Shown: positions 29,157-39,117, numbered from the stretch's first letter. The stretch: DNA of 64,000 nucleotides from Thermoanaerobaculia bacterium (GCA_963666565.1 OY762911.1:2464001-2528000); one strand, 5' to 3'. The notes: generated from the letters alone by a model not told the origin. Program-made: numbers and translations.

Positions 29157-29849
29157 TCAGCCGCTCAGCATCGTCTCGCGCCGTTCGGCGCGGGCGAAGG
29201 TGAGCGCGACGATGGCGGCGATGGCCAACGCGATGCCGATGCGGTTCTGGAGGCCCATGGCGAGCAGTTGCTCCGCGTCGGCGCCTTCTACCGCCAGAGG
29301 ATTCCAGAGCGGTGAGACCCGTAGCTGTGATGCTCCCGAGGCGGTGATCCAACCGTTCAGAGCCAGGATCCCGCCGGCGGCCAGGGCACCGGTTGCCTGG
29401 CTACGGAACAGAGTGGACATTCCCATTGACGCGGCCAGGTAGAAGATGACGCCTTGAAAGGCGCCGTAGAGAGTCTGGACGACAGGGAACGGCGTGAAGA
29501 AGGCGAAGGTCAGGATCGCCATCAGGCCGAGGGCCAGAAGCAGCATCAAGCAAGCGGCGGCCAGCTTCCCGATCCAGACGCGACGCGTTCCGCCCGGCAC
29601 TGTGTAGGCGACTTCGAGGGTACGTTCATCGAGTTCCCCTGCGACGATGCGGCCGCCCAGAAACACCCCGAGGACCGCGACCGGCAGTCCGATCAGGATG
29701 TTCTGGGCGGCCGCGGGCTCGAAGCTCGGGCGGCCGCCGGCGATCAGGAGGCCGGCCTGCGCCAGGAGCCAAAGTGCCGGCGACAGGGGCAGCAGCCACC
29801 AGCGGCGACCGGCGAGCAGCACGGCGGGTAGGTGGACCGGCGCGATCAA
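29157..29849 (-). CDS. Small ABC-2-type permease, paralog 2
   Basis: 230 aa, about 6 TM; GELDERTLEVAYTVPG; C-terminus nearly identical to paralog 1. Confidence 0.8.
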   Translation of the reverse strand: MIAPVHLPAVLLAGRRWWLLPLSPALWLLAQAGLLIAGGRPSFEPAAAQNILIGLPVAVLGVFLGGRIVAGELDERTLEVAYTVPGGTRRVWIGKLAAACLMLLLALGLMAILTFAFFTPFPVVQTLYGAFQGVIFYLAASMGMSTLFRSQATGALAAGGILALNGWITASGASQLRVSPLWNPLAVEGADAEQLLAMGLQNRIGIALAIAAIVALTFARAERRETMLSG

Positions 29850-29889
29850 CCTACGGGCTCGCCGTGTTTGTCGCGGATCGTCGTCACCA

Positions 29890-30183
29890 CTAGACGCACT
29901 TCAGATGCTGAAGAACACGGCCGCCGACCTGTAGAACCCGGTTTGCGGAAAGCCAGCCGGCTACGAAGAGGATGCCGCCAGCGATCCGAAGGCCGGCGGT
30001 GCAGGCGTCGTGCCGGAACGCGGCGCCGACGACGTCGGCCAGGTCGGCCTCGGCAAGCTGCCGAACTCCCGGGTCGTGAACGACGGGTGCCCCGTCGAGT
30101 GCGGCCGGGTTCGGCGGTTCGGCGACGGCGGCGCCGGCCAGCAGCAGAATGGCGGAAAGTGCGATGGATGCGAACTTCGTCAT
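29890..30183 (-). CDS. Small secreted precursor peptide A (signal peptide + double-glycine-type leader + two-Cys core)
   Basis: Start reassigned to ATG 30183 after AAAGGA; MTKFASIALSAILLLAGAAVA signal; LAEADLADVVGA motif; core AFRHDAC...KCV. Confidence 0.75.
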   Translation of the reverse strand: MTKFASIALSAILLLAGAAVAEPPNPAALDGAPVVHDPGVRQLAEADLADVVGAAFRHDACTAGLRIAGGILFVAGWLSANRVLQVGGRVLQHLKCV

Positions 30184-30297
30184 GATGTTGATTCCTTTCT
30201 TTGGAAACGGGTTGTTCGAATGGCGGAGCGGCGTCTTCCGGCCCGGCGCGAGCACAGGGCCCGGCGCCGGGAACGGCTGCAGCTTCCGCTATGGACT

Positions 30298-30311
30298 AAG
30301 ACGCGATCCGG
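30298..30311. promoter_or_regulatory. Shared 14-bp motif upstream of peptide A
   Basis: AAGACGCGATCCGG, identical to 29021-29034. Confidence 0.45.
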
Positions 30312-30354
30312 ACGAAAAAGTCGGCGAACTCGTTTCCGGGGCGAAGTGACCGGC

Positions 30355-31047
30355 TCAGCCGCTCAGCATCTTCTCGCGCCGTTCGGCGCGGGCGAAAGTG
30401 AGCGCGACGATGGCGGCTATCGCGAGGGCGATGCCGATCCGGTTCTGTACGGCGAGCGCGAGTAGGCGTTCCGGGTCGATGTCCTCGATCGCCAGCGGGT
30501 TCCAGAAGGGCGAGACGCGCACGGGCTGGGTCCCCAGGCCGGTGATCAGGCCGTTGAAGCCGAGGACGGCCACGCTCGCGAGGGCGCCGGCCACTTCGCT
30601 GCGGAACAGCGTGGCGAACCCCATCGCGGCGGCGAGGTAGAAGGCGATGCCCTGAACGGCGCCGTAGAGGCTCTGGAGCACGGGGAAGGGAGTGAAGAAG
30701 GCGTAGGTGACCGCCGCCATGACGGCCACGCTGGCGCCCAGCAGCAGCCCGGCCGCGGCGAGTTTGCCGAGCCAGACGCGGTGGGCGCCGCCCGGCACCG
30801 TGTAGGCGATCTCCAGGCTGCGCTGGTCGAGTTCGCCGACGATCGTCCGGCCGCCGAGGAAGATGGCGAGCACCGCGACCGGCACGCCGATCAGCGTGTC
30901 CTGGGCCGCCGCGGGTTCGGCGGTTTCGCGGGCGCCGATCAGCAGCAGCAGTGCCTGCAGGCCGAGCCAGAGGAGCGGCAGCAGCGGCAGCAGCCAGAAC
31001 CGCCTGCCGGCCAGCAGCACGAGGGAGAGGCGAAGCACGGCCGTCAT
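30355..31047 (-). CDS. Small ABC-2-type permease, paralog 1
   Basis: ATG 31047 overlaps the upstream stop (ATGA); 230 aa; GELDQRSLEIAYTVPG; about 6 TM. Confidence 0.82.
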   Translation of the reverse strand: MTAVLRLSLVLLAGRRFWLLPLLPLLWLGLQALLLLIGARETAEPAAAQDTLIGVPVAVLAIFLGGRTIVGELDQRSLEIAYTVPGGAHRVWLGKLAAAGLLLGASVAVMAAVTYAFFTPFPVLQSLYGAVQGIAFYLAAAMGFATLFRSEVAGALASVAVLGFNGLITGLGTQPVRVSPFWNPLAIEDIDPERLLALAVQNRIGIALAIAAIVALTFARAERREKMLSG

Positions 31048-34000
31048 GCCGGCGCCTCCCCGCGCGCGGCACGGGCGAGCCAGAGATAGCCGTCCTCGAG
31101 CGTCGGTTCGACCGGTTCGGCGGCGTCGTTCGGTGGCCCTGAAGCGAGCACGCGCAAGCGGTTGCCTGCGGCTTCCGGCCGGCTGTCGGCCAGGACGGCG
31201 CCGGGCGGCAGGTCGGGTTGCTCCTCGCCCTCGGTCCGCCACGACCAGACTCGCCCGTCGGCCTCGCGCGACAGGGCGTCGGGCACGCCGTCGAACACCA
31301 GGCGGCCGCTGCTCAGCACGAGGACGCGCTCGCACGCCACCGCCACGTCTTCGACCACGTGGGTCGAGAACAGGACGATCCGGTCCTTGGCGAGCCGCGA
31401 CAGGAGGTTGCGGAAGCGCACCCGTTCGCGCGGGTCGAGGCCGACGGTCGGTTCGTCGACGACGATGATCGGCGGCAACCGGAGCAGCGTCCGCGCCACC
31501 GCGACGCGCTGGCGCATGCCGCCGGAGTAGCCGCCGATCGGTTCGCCGGCCCGCTCGGCGAGGCCGACCTCGGCCAGCAGGGACTCGATCCGCTCTTCCC
31601 GTACCTCCGGCTCTATCTGGTAGAGGGCGGCGTAGTACTCCAGGTACTGGCGGGCGGTCAGGCGGGCCGGCAGGCCGGCGTCCTGGGGCAGGTAGCCGAC
31701 CCAGCGCGCGAGATACTTGCGGATGCCGAGCAGCGGCACCCCTCCGATCGTGATCCGGCCGCGCGTCGAATCGAGGATCCCGGTCAACTGGCGGAGCAGG
31801 GTCGTCTTGCCGGCGCCGTTCGGCCCCAGCACGCCGACCATGCCGCGCTCCACGTCGAAGCTGACCGCCGCCAGCGCCCGCACCGTGTCGATGGGCAGGT
31901 CGAGGCCGAAGATCCGCGTCGCGGCGCCACGCCAGAAGACGAGCAGCGGGTTCCGGGAGCGACGGCGGTCCCGAGACGGGCTCTCCCGCCGCGCCGTCTC
32001 CCGGCGTGCGGTGCGGCGGCCCAACTGGACCACGGCGATGATGCCGCCGAAGATCGACAGGAAGATGGCCTCGGCGATGGCGAACTCGCCCGCGACCATC
32101 CAGGGCACGACGACGGCGGCCAGCGCGCCCCAGGGCATCAGCGCCGCCAGCACGCCCTCGACGCCGCCGGGCGCCACCCGGCCGAGCTCGTCGACGCGCC
32201 CGCGGGCCCGCCGGATCTCGAGCACCAGCCGGGACGCGATCGCGGCCGCCGCCGCGAGCAGGAGGAGCTTCCACAGCCCGTCCGCGATCCGGCTCACGGC
32301 GGCGATCGCGCCCGCAAGCAGCACGAGCAGGGGGAGCAGCCGGTCGCGGGCGTCGGCGGGGTGGAAGGGTTCGCCGTTCCGCGCCAGCACGCGCCGCGCG
32401 AAGTCGATCTTCGCGCGCAGCGCCCGCCGGAGCGGCCCGGGCAGGCCGTAGACCTTGCGCAGGTGCCGCACGACGAGTCGTGGCGGACCGTCCGCGGCCG
32501 CCGGCTCGGGCACGGCCTCCCTGGGCAGTGCCCGGACGGCGATGCCCAGCAGCGCGCCGCCGATCAGGATCGCCGTCGTGACCTGCCAGAACATCGACTC
32601 GACGACGTCGAACGCGAACAGCGGCCCGACGGCCGCGATCGTCGCGCCGAGCCAGACCATGACGACCCAGGGCCCGACCCGGCTGAAGAGTTCGTCGAGC
32701 CGGCGGAGGAACACGTAGCCGACGGGGATGACGAGCAGCGTGAGCACGGTCGCGGTCAGCAGTCCGCCGATGACCAGCACCGCGAAGGGCGGCCAGATCT
32801 CGTTGGCCCGGCCGGTGGGAATGGCGAGCGGGGCGAGCGCGGCGATCGTCGTGGCGCTGGTCATCAACACGGGGCGCGTCCGCTCCCTGACGGCGGCGAG
32901 GGCGGCCGCGCCGGCGCTCCAGCCGGCGCCGAGCGTCCGCTGCTGCATCCGGTCCACGAGCAGGACCGCCGGGTTCACCGCCAGTCCGAGCAGGACGAGA
33001 GCGCCCAGCAGGGCCATGCCGACCAGCCCCATCCCGCTGAAGACCAGCGCCCAGAGGGAACCGAGCAGGGTCAGCGGCAGGGCGAGCAGAACCAGCACGG
33101 GCAGGGTCATCGACTCGAAGGCGATCGCCAGGACGAGGAACAGGAGGGCGACGACCGGGACCAGGATCTTGCGGAACCAGTCCGTGCCCTGCGTGGACCG
33201 GTCGAGTTGCACGGTCGTGCCGGCGGGCCGGTAGACGGCGGCGATCGCGTCCTCGACGGCGCGGTCGAACGTCTGCCGCGCGGGGCCGCTGCCGGGCACG
33301 TCGCCGGACAGCCCGTAGGTCACCACCCGTTCGCGGCGCCCGTTGTGGTGGGTGATCACCGCCGCCGGCGGCGCCTGCCGCACGTCCGCCAGCGCCATGA
33401 CAGGCAGGACGCCCGCCCTGGTCGAGATCTGGAGCCGGGACAGGCCGGCGAGGGACACGTTCCGGTCGATCCCGCCGCCGTCCAGGACCTCCCGGTCGCC
33501 GAGCCCGCCCTCCAGCCGCTGAACCACGATCGGCAGCTCGCGGCCGCTGGGCAGCGGGTAGCCGCTGTTCATCCGGCTCCCCTCCCGGCCGGCGAGGTTC
33601 AGCATCGGCAGGACGTCGTCGAGCAGGACGCCGAAGGCCTCGAACGCGCGGCGATTCGGCCCGACGTGGATCTCCTCGGGGCCCGGCAGCACGGAGGGCG
33701 ACGCGTACGCGACCCCCTCGATGTTCCTGAGCCGGTCGGCGATCTCGTTCGCCAGGTCGGTCAGTTGTTCGTTGTCGTTGCCGGAGACGACGACCCGCTG
33801 GGGACCGCTGCCCAGCAGTTCCTCGGCGCCGCCGGCGCCGCCTCCTCCGCCGCCTCGACCGCCGCCGTCTTCCTCGCCGGGGCGGCTGAGCCTGATCGGC
33901 AACCGCCGCGCCGCGTCGCGGACGAGCCGGCGGACGCGGTTCGCGTTGAGGCCGGGCGGGCGCTCGTCCTCGGGCACGAGGTGTACCGTGAGCGAACCGC

Positions 34001-35846
34001 CCTCCTCGCGCACGAGGCTCTCGACGCGGTCGATCCCGTCGACGTCCCGCACCGACGCCTCGAGCCGCTCGAAGACTTGGACGGCGCCGTCCAGCGAACT
34101 CCGCCCCTGCGTGAGCCGTACCGAGAGCTGCACCTCGTCGGCGATTCGCGCCTGCGGTACGCCGCCCCCGATCACCAACGGCAACGCGATGACCGCCGTC
34201 AGGACGATCCCCAGCGCGACGAGGGTGACCAGGGTCGCCGGCCGCCTCAGGGCGGACGCGAGCCATCCGCTGAAGAGGACCCTGGTGGCTTCGGGCGGAG
34301 GTTCGCCGGCGAAGCGCTCCCGCCGTTCGCGCAGCACGGCGAGTCTCCGCAGGGCGGCCGGGGCCGCCAGCCAGCGCGCCAGCAGCGGCACCAGGCCCAT
34401 CGCGACGAGCAGGGAGCCCAGGAGCGGCAGCAGGATGGCCAGCGCGGCGATGGCGATCAGGTTGCGGATAGCGGGCGACCCGAGGTCGATCAGCATCGGC
34501 GGCAGGAAGACCGCCGCGGTCGTGGCGGACGCGGCGACGATGGCGCGCCCCGTGCGCCGGACGCCGCCGGCGGCGGCGGCGTCCGGGCCGTGGCCCCGCT
34601 CCAGGCGGCGCTGCACGGACTCGTAGACGACGACGCTGTTGTCGACCAGCAGCCCGACGCCGACCGCCAGGCCGAAGAGCGAGATCAGGTTGAGCGATTG
34701 CCCGGCGAGATAGAGGAAGCCGAGCGCCGACGCCAGACTGACCGGCACCGCGATCGCGACCACCGCCACCGCGCGCCACTGGCGAAGGAAGAGGAACAGG
34801 ACGAGCAGGGCGATGACGAAGCCGGAGAGGCCGAGATTGCGGAGCCGCTCCGTCTGTTCCTCGACCAGTTCGGCGGCGTCGAAGCCGATCGCGAGCCGCA
34901 CTCCGATCGGCGCCATCTCCTCGTTGATCTCGTCCACCCGCCTGCGGAGGTCGCGGCCGAGCCGGACCAGGTTCGCGCCCTCCTCCTGGAACGCGACGAG
35001 GCCGACGGCCGGTCGGCCGTCGACCCGGTTGGCCATCTGCCGGCGGCCCGGACCGATCTCGACGTGGGCGACGTGGCGGACGAGCACGGGGCGGTCGGGC
35101 CTCACCCGCACCTCGCCCAGGGACACGGGTCCCGCGGGCCGGCCGTCGAGCATGACCGCGGTCCGTCCGGCCTCGTCCTCCAGGCTGCCGAGGTAGCGGA
35201 GCCGCCCGGACGCTCCGCGGACCGCGTCGACCACCTCCTGCGGCGTCACGTCGAGCGCCGCGCAACGGTTCGGATCGACCCAGACCGTCAACTGCCGCGC
35301 GGCGCCGCCGGCCACCAGGGCCTGACTGACGCCCGGCACCGCCGCCAGCCGCGGCACGACGCGGTCCTCGACCAGTTCGTGGAGGGCGTCGATGTCCGCG
35401 GTCCCCGTCGCCTGGAGCGCCATCGCGAAGCTGGAGAGGATGCTGCTGTCGTTCGCCTGGACGTCGATGAAGGCGTCGCGCGGCTGGGTGCGGGCGATGT
35501 CGGCGGCCATCCGGTTGACGTCCAGTTCCCGCACCTTGAGGTCCGTGCCGCGCTCGAAGCGGATCGTGAAGGTGCCGGCGGAACCGGTCACCTCGCCCCA
35601 GGTCTCGGCGACGCCCGCCAGGGTGCGGACCCGCGCCTCCAGCGGCAGCAGCATCTCCCGCTCGACCGTCTCGGGCTCGCTGCCGGGGCGGATGAAGGAG
35701 ACGAACAGGCGGTCGCCGCTGACGTTCGGGAAGAGCTCGACCGGCAACCGCTGCCAGCCCACCGCGCCGACCAGCACCAGGCCGAGGAAGAACATGGCCA
35801 CCGCCACCGGGCGCCGGATGGCGAGGGTGTCGAGACCGTACTTCAC
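31044..35846 (-). CDS. RND (AcrB-like) permease fused to a C-terminal ABC ATPase domain
   Basis: AIRRPVA, GLLVDNSVVV and ERTRPVLMT (RND); GPNGAGKTT, YLPQD, YSGGMRQR, IIVVDEPT and STH (complete ABC motifs) in one 1600-aa ORF. Confidence 0.88.
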   Translation of the reverse strand: MKYGLDTLAIRRPVAVAMFFLGLVLVGAVGWQRLPVELFPNVSGDRLFVSFIRPGSEPETVEREMLLPLEARVRTLAGVAETWGEVTGSAGTFTIRFERGTDLKVRELDVNRMAADIARTQPRDAFIDVQANDSSILSSFAMALQATGTADIDALHELVEDRVVPRLAAVPGVSQALVAGGAARQLTVWVDPNRCAALDVTPQEVVDAVRGASGRLRYLGSLEDEAGRTAVMLDGRPAGPVSLGEVRVRPDRPVLVRHVAHVEIGPGRRQMANRVDGRPAVGLVAFQEEGANLVRLGRDLRRRVDEINEEMAPIGVRLAIGFDAAELVEEQTERLRNLGLSGFVIALLVLFLFLRQWRAVAVVAIAVPVSLASALGFLYLAGQSLNLISLFGLAVGVGLLVDNSVVVYESVQRRLERGHGPDAAAAGGVRRTGRAIVAASATTAAVFLPPMLIDLGSPAIRNLIAIAALAILLPLLGSLLVAMGLVPLLARWLAAPAALRRLAVLRERRERFAGEPPPEATRVLFSGWLASALRRPATLVTLVALGIVLTAVIALPLVIGGGVPQARIADEVQLSVRLTQGRSSLDGAVQVFERLEASVRDVDGIDRVESLVREEGGSLTVHLVPEDERPPGLNANRVRRLVRDAARRLPIRLSRPGEEDGGGRGGGGGGAGGAEELLGSGPQRVVVSGNDNEQLTDLANEIADRLRNIEGVAYASPSVLPGPEEIHVGPNRRAFEAFGVLLDDVLPMLNLAGREGSRMNSGYPLPSGRELPIVVQRLEGGLGDREVLDGGGIDRNVSLAGLSRLQISTRAGVLPVMALADVRQAPPAAVITHHNGRRERVVTYGLSGDVPGSGPARQTFDRAVEDAIAAVYRPAGTTVQLDRSTQGTDWFRKILVPVVALLFLVLAIAFESMTLPVLVLLALPLTLLGSLWALVFSGMGLVGMALLGALVLLGLAVNPAVLLVDRMQQRTLGAGWSAGAAALAAVRERTRPVLMTSATTIAALAPLAIPTGRANEIWPPFAVLVIGGLLTATVLTLLVIPVGYVFLRRLDELFSRVGPWVVMVWLGATIAAVGPLFAFDVVESMFWQVTTAILIGGALLGIAVRALPREAVPEPAAADGPPRLVVRHLRKVYGLPGPLRRALRAKIDFARRVLARNGEPFHPADARDRLLPLLVLLAGAIAAVSRIADGLWKLLLLAAAAAIASRLVLEIRRARGRVDELGRVAPGGVEGVLAALMPWGALAAVVVPWMVAGEFAIAEAIFLSIFGGIIAVVQLGRRTARRETARRESPSRDRRRSRNPLLVFWRGAATRIFGLDLPIDTVRALAAVSFDVERGMVGVLGPNGAGKTTLLRQLTGILDSTRGRITIGGVPLLGIRKYLARWVGYLPQDAGLPARLTARQYLEYYAALYQIEPEVREERIESLLAEVGLAERAGEPIGGYSGGMRQRVAVARTLLRLPPIIVVDEPTVGLDPRERVRFRNLLSRLAKDRIVLFSTHVVEDVAVACERVLVLSSGRLVFDGVPDALSREADGRVWSWRTEGEEQPDLPPGAVLADSRPEAAGNRLRVLASGPPNDAAEPVEPTLEDGYLWLARAARGEAPA

Positions 35847-35859
35847 GGGCGGTTCCGGA

Positions 35860-38800
35860 TCAGGCGTCCGCCGGCCGGCGCCGCGTCAGGCGGAACGAGT
35901 CGAGGATCAGGTAGACGCAGGGGAGCACGAGGAGCGAGCCGACGGTCGAGGTCAGGATGCCGCCGATGATCGTGTACGCCATCGGCCCGCGGAGTTCGGC
36001 CGCTTCGCCGGCGCCGACCGCCAGCGGCAGGAGCACGAGGACGGTGGTCAGCGTCGTCATCAGGATGGGCCGGAGCCGGATGGCCGCGGCGCGGGCCAGG
36101 GCGGCGCGCCGCTCCATGCCGGCGGCCATCAGCCGGCGGGCGGTCGCGAGCAGCAGCACGGCGTCGTTGACCGCAACCCCGGCCAGCACGATCAGCCCCA
36201 GGAGCGCCATGACGCCGACCGGGTTGCCCATCGGCCCCAGGGTGCAGGCGACGCCGACCAGGGCCAGCGGGATGGAGAACAGCACGGTGAGCGGCTGCAG
36301 CAGCGACTCGAACGTGCCGGCCAGCACCATCAGCACGAGGACGATCGCCAGCAGGCCGGCCCAGCGCAGCTCGCCCACCGCCTGCTCGCGCTCCTCCTCC
36401 TCGCCGGCCAGGCGCACGATCATGCCGGGCGGCAGCGCGGCGGCGCCCAGCACTTCCTCGGCGGCCGCCACCGCGCGCGGATAGTCGCTGCCGGTCGCGA
36501 TGCGGGCCGTGACCTGGGCCACCCGGCGCTGATCCCGGCGGAAGACCTCCCGGGCGCCTTCGGCGGGCTCGAAGCGGGCGACCTGGCCGAGGGCGAGCCG
36601 GGCGCCGCCGTCGTTCGTGAAGCGGAGGTCGGCGAGGTCCTCCGGGCGGGGTTGGGGCAGGGTGAGGACGACGTGGCGTTCCTCGTCGCCGGTCGAGAGC
36701 AGGGTGACGCGCCGCCCGTCGAGCGCCGACTCGAGCACGCGCGCGATCGTCTGGAGATCGACGCCCAGACCGTCCGCCATCGCCCGGTCGAGTTCGATGC
36801 GGAGTTCGGGCGGCCCGCCCTCGAAGGAGGAACGGACGTTCCAGACCTCCGGGCGGGAGGCGAGGGCCTCGCGCAGCTCGGACGCCACGGCGCGCAGGTC
36901 GGGCAGGGACTGGCTCGCGATCTCGAGCGCGATCGGCGGGCCGGTCGATCCGAGCGCCTCGGCCAGGGCGGAGGCGCCGACCTCCCACTCGATCTCGGTA
37001 TCCGGTATGTCGCGGAACCGCGGCGACAGGGCGTCCACGATCTGGTTGCCCGTCGGGCCGTCGGGCGAGAGCCGCACCAGGATCCGGGCGGTGTTCTCCT
37101 CCGTCAGTTCGGTGGTCACCAGCCGGTCGTCCTCGGGCAGGCGGCCGACTTCGGCCTGGATCGCCTCCAGGTGTTCGCCCGCGGCCTCGCGGATCGCGGC
37201 CTCCAGGGTGGCAACCGCGTTGGCCGTGGCCTCGACGCGCTGGCCGGCGGGGCCCACCATGCGAATGGAGAACTGCCGCGGGTCGGAGGGCGGCAGGAGC
37301 TCGCTGCCGAGGCCGAGCAGGACGTGGACCGCGCCGGCCGCGGCCAGGACCGCCGCCGGAACGACCGCCCAGCGTAGCCGCAGCAGGCCCAGGACCAGGC
37401 GTTCCGTCGCCCTGAAGGCGCGGCCGAGGGGGGGCGCCTCTTCCTCTTCCGTGGCCTCTGGCGCGTCCTCTACGGCCGCCGCCGGTTCGCCGCTGTGGCC
37501 GGCGGAGCTGGCGGCCGCGGCCTTCGCCCGCGGCAGCAGCCAGCGCGACAGGGCGGGGATCAGCATCATGGCGACCGCCAGCGAAGCGCCGAGCGAGGCG
37601 ACGACGGTGAACGAGATGCCCTCGATCAGGCGGGCGGCGAGTCCCTGGACGAACAGCACCGGCAGGAACACGACGCAGGTGGTCAGGGTCGAGGCGGCGA
37701 TGGCTCCCGCCACCTCCGAGGCGCCGCGGGCGGCGGTGTCCGCGGCCGACACGCCGGGGCGGTGGCGGCGGTGAATGCTCTCGACGACGACGATCGCGTT
37801 GTCGACCAGCATGCCGGCGCCGAGCGCCAGCCCGGCGAGGGTGATGATGTTGAGCGAGTGGTCCGCCAGGCGCATGGCGAACAGGGCGACGAAGAGGGAC
37901 ACCGGAACCGCCGACGCGACGACCACGGTCGGTCCGAGGGAGCGGAGGAACAGCGCCAGGACGACGATCGCCAAGGCGATGCCGACCAGCGCGGCGTTCA
38001 TCAGGTCGTCCATCGCGTTCTCGACCAGCGCCGCGTCGTCGTTGACCATGGACACGCTCACCCTGGGGAGGTCGCGCTCCAGGTCGTTGAGCGCGTCCCG
38101 CACCGTGCGGGACACCTCGACCGTGTTGGCCCCGGCCTCCTTGAACACCTGGAGCCCCACGCCCTCCACGCCTCCGACCCGGACCAGGTGGTCGATCTCG
38201 GCGTCGGCCAGCGCCACGTCGGCGACGTCCGATACCCGGATCGGCTGGCGGGTCATCTGGCCGGCGGCGCCCTGCTGGGTACGGTAGCGAACCACGACGC
38301 GTTCGACGTCGCGCGCTTCGCGGAAACGGGCGATGCCGCGGACGAGGTAGACGTCGCCTCCGTCCTCCAGGGTGCCGGCGTCGATGTCCAGGTTCTCCGC
38401 CATCAAGCGCTGCTCGAGTTGATTCAGAGTGACGCCGAACGCCTCGAGCCGGTAGCGGTCGACCCGGACCTGCACCTCGAGGTCCCGTCCGCCGAGAACG
38501 CGCACCTCCGCCACGTCGGGAAGCTCTTCCATGGCGGGCGCCAGTTGCCGACGGGCCAGCCGGCGCAGCTCGGCGAGGTCCGGCCCGTCGTCCTCCGCCA
38601 CCAGGCCCAGGGTCATCACCGGCGCTTGGCGGGGGTCGAGATGCCGGACGAGGACCTCGTCGACCTCCGGGTCGGCGGCGACGGGGTTCACGGCCTTCTG
38701 GACCTCGATCAGGGCGAAGTCCATCTCGGCGTCCCAGTCGAACCGGACGGTTGCGATGAGCCGCCCGGAACGGGCCACCTGCTGCACTTCGCGGATGCCG

Positions 38801-39048
38801 CGCACGGTGAACAGCCGCTGCTCGACCTGCTCGCCGTACAGGCGCTCCATCTCGGTCGGCGGCCGGTCGCCGGAGCGGACCGCGACGACGATCGTGGGCG
38901 AGCGCAGGTCGGGCAGCAGGTCGATCGGCAGCTCGCGCCAGGAGATCCAACCGACGAGCGCGAAGGCCAGCGCGGTGACCGTGACCGCGACCGGGCGCCG
39001 CGCGGCGAGACGTGCCGCCGCGGACGTGCTACCGGGCGCCGCGGTCAT
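35860..39048 (-). CDS. RND efflux permease
   Basis: AARRPVA, GMLVDNAIVVVE and RLRPILMTT motifs; 1062 aa. Confidence 0.92.
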   Translation of the reverse strand: MTAAPGSTSAAARLAARRPVAVTVTALAFALVGWISWRELPIDLLPDLRSPTIVVAVRSGDRPPTEMERLYGEQVEQRLFTVRGIREVQQVARSGRLIATVRFDWDAEMDFALIEVQKAVNPVAADPEVDEVLVRHLDPRQAPVMTLGLVAEDDGPDLAELRRLARRQLAPAMEELPDVAEVRVLGGRDLEVQVRVDRYRLEAFGVTLNQLEQRLMAENLDIDAGTLEDGGDVYLVRGIARFREARDVERVVVRYRTQQGAAGQMTRQPIRVSDVADVALADAEIDHLVRVGGVEGVGLQVFKEAGANTVEVSRTVRDALNDLERDLPRVSVSMVNDDAALVENAMDDLMNAALVGIALAIVVLALFLRSLGPTVVVASAVPVSLFVALFAMRLADHSLNIITLAGLALGAGMLVDNAIVVVESIHRRHRPGVSAADTAARGASEVAGAIAASTLTTCVVFLPVLFVQGLAARLIEGISFTVVASLGASLAVAMMLIPALSRWLLPRAKAAAASSAGHSGEPAAAVEDAPEATEEEEAPPLGRAFRATERLVLGLLRLRWAVVPAAVLAAAGAVHVLLGLGSELLPPSDPRQFSIRMVGPAGQRVEATANAVATLEAAIREAAGEHLEAIQAEVGRLPEDDRLVTTELTEENTARILVRLSPDGPTGNQIVDALSPRFRDIPDTEIEWEVGASALAEALGSTGPPIALEIASQSLPDLRAVASELREALASRPEVWNVRSSFEGGPPELRIELDRAMADGLGVDLQTIARVLESALDGRRVTLLSTGDEERHVVLTLPQPRPEDLADLRFTNDGGARLALGQVARFEPAEGAREVFRRDQRRVAQVTARIATGSDYPRAVAAAEEVLGAAALPPGMIVRLAGEEEEREQAVGELRWAGLLAIVLVLMVLAGTFESLLQPLTVLFSIPLALVGVACTLGPMGNPVGVMALLGLIVLAGVAVNDAVLLLATARRLMAAGMERRAALARAAAIRLRPILMTTLTTVLVLLPLAVGAGEAAELRGPMAYTIIGGILTSTVGSLLVLPCVYLILDSFRLTRRRPADA

Positions 39049-39117
39049 GGCGCCGGGCGCGTGGCGTCGCCGCCACCGCGTCGCAGTCGGAGATGGACCG
39101 GCTCTTCATCCGGCCGC

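Noticed and set aside
30355-35265. 1636-aa ORF, and the similarly extended ORFs 39118-41748, 4085-7810, 3057-4613 and 53754-58637
   Set aside because: Only the C-terminal portions are protein-like; starts were reassigned to coupled or RBS-supported codons.
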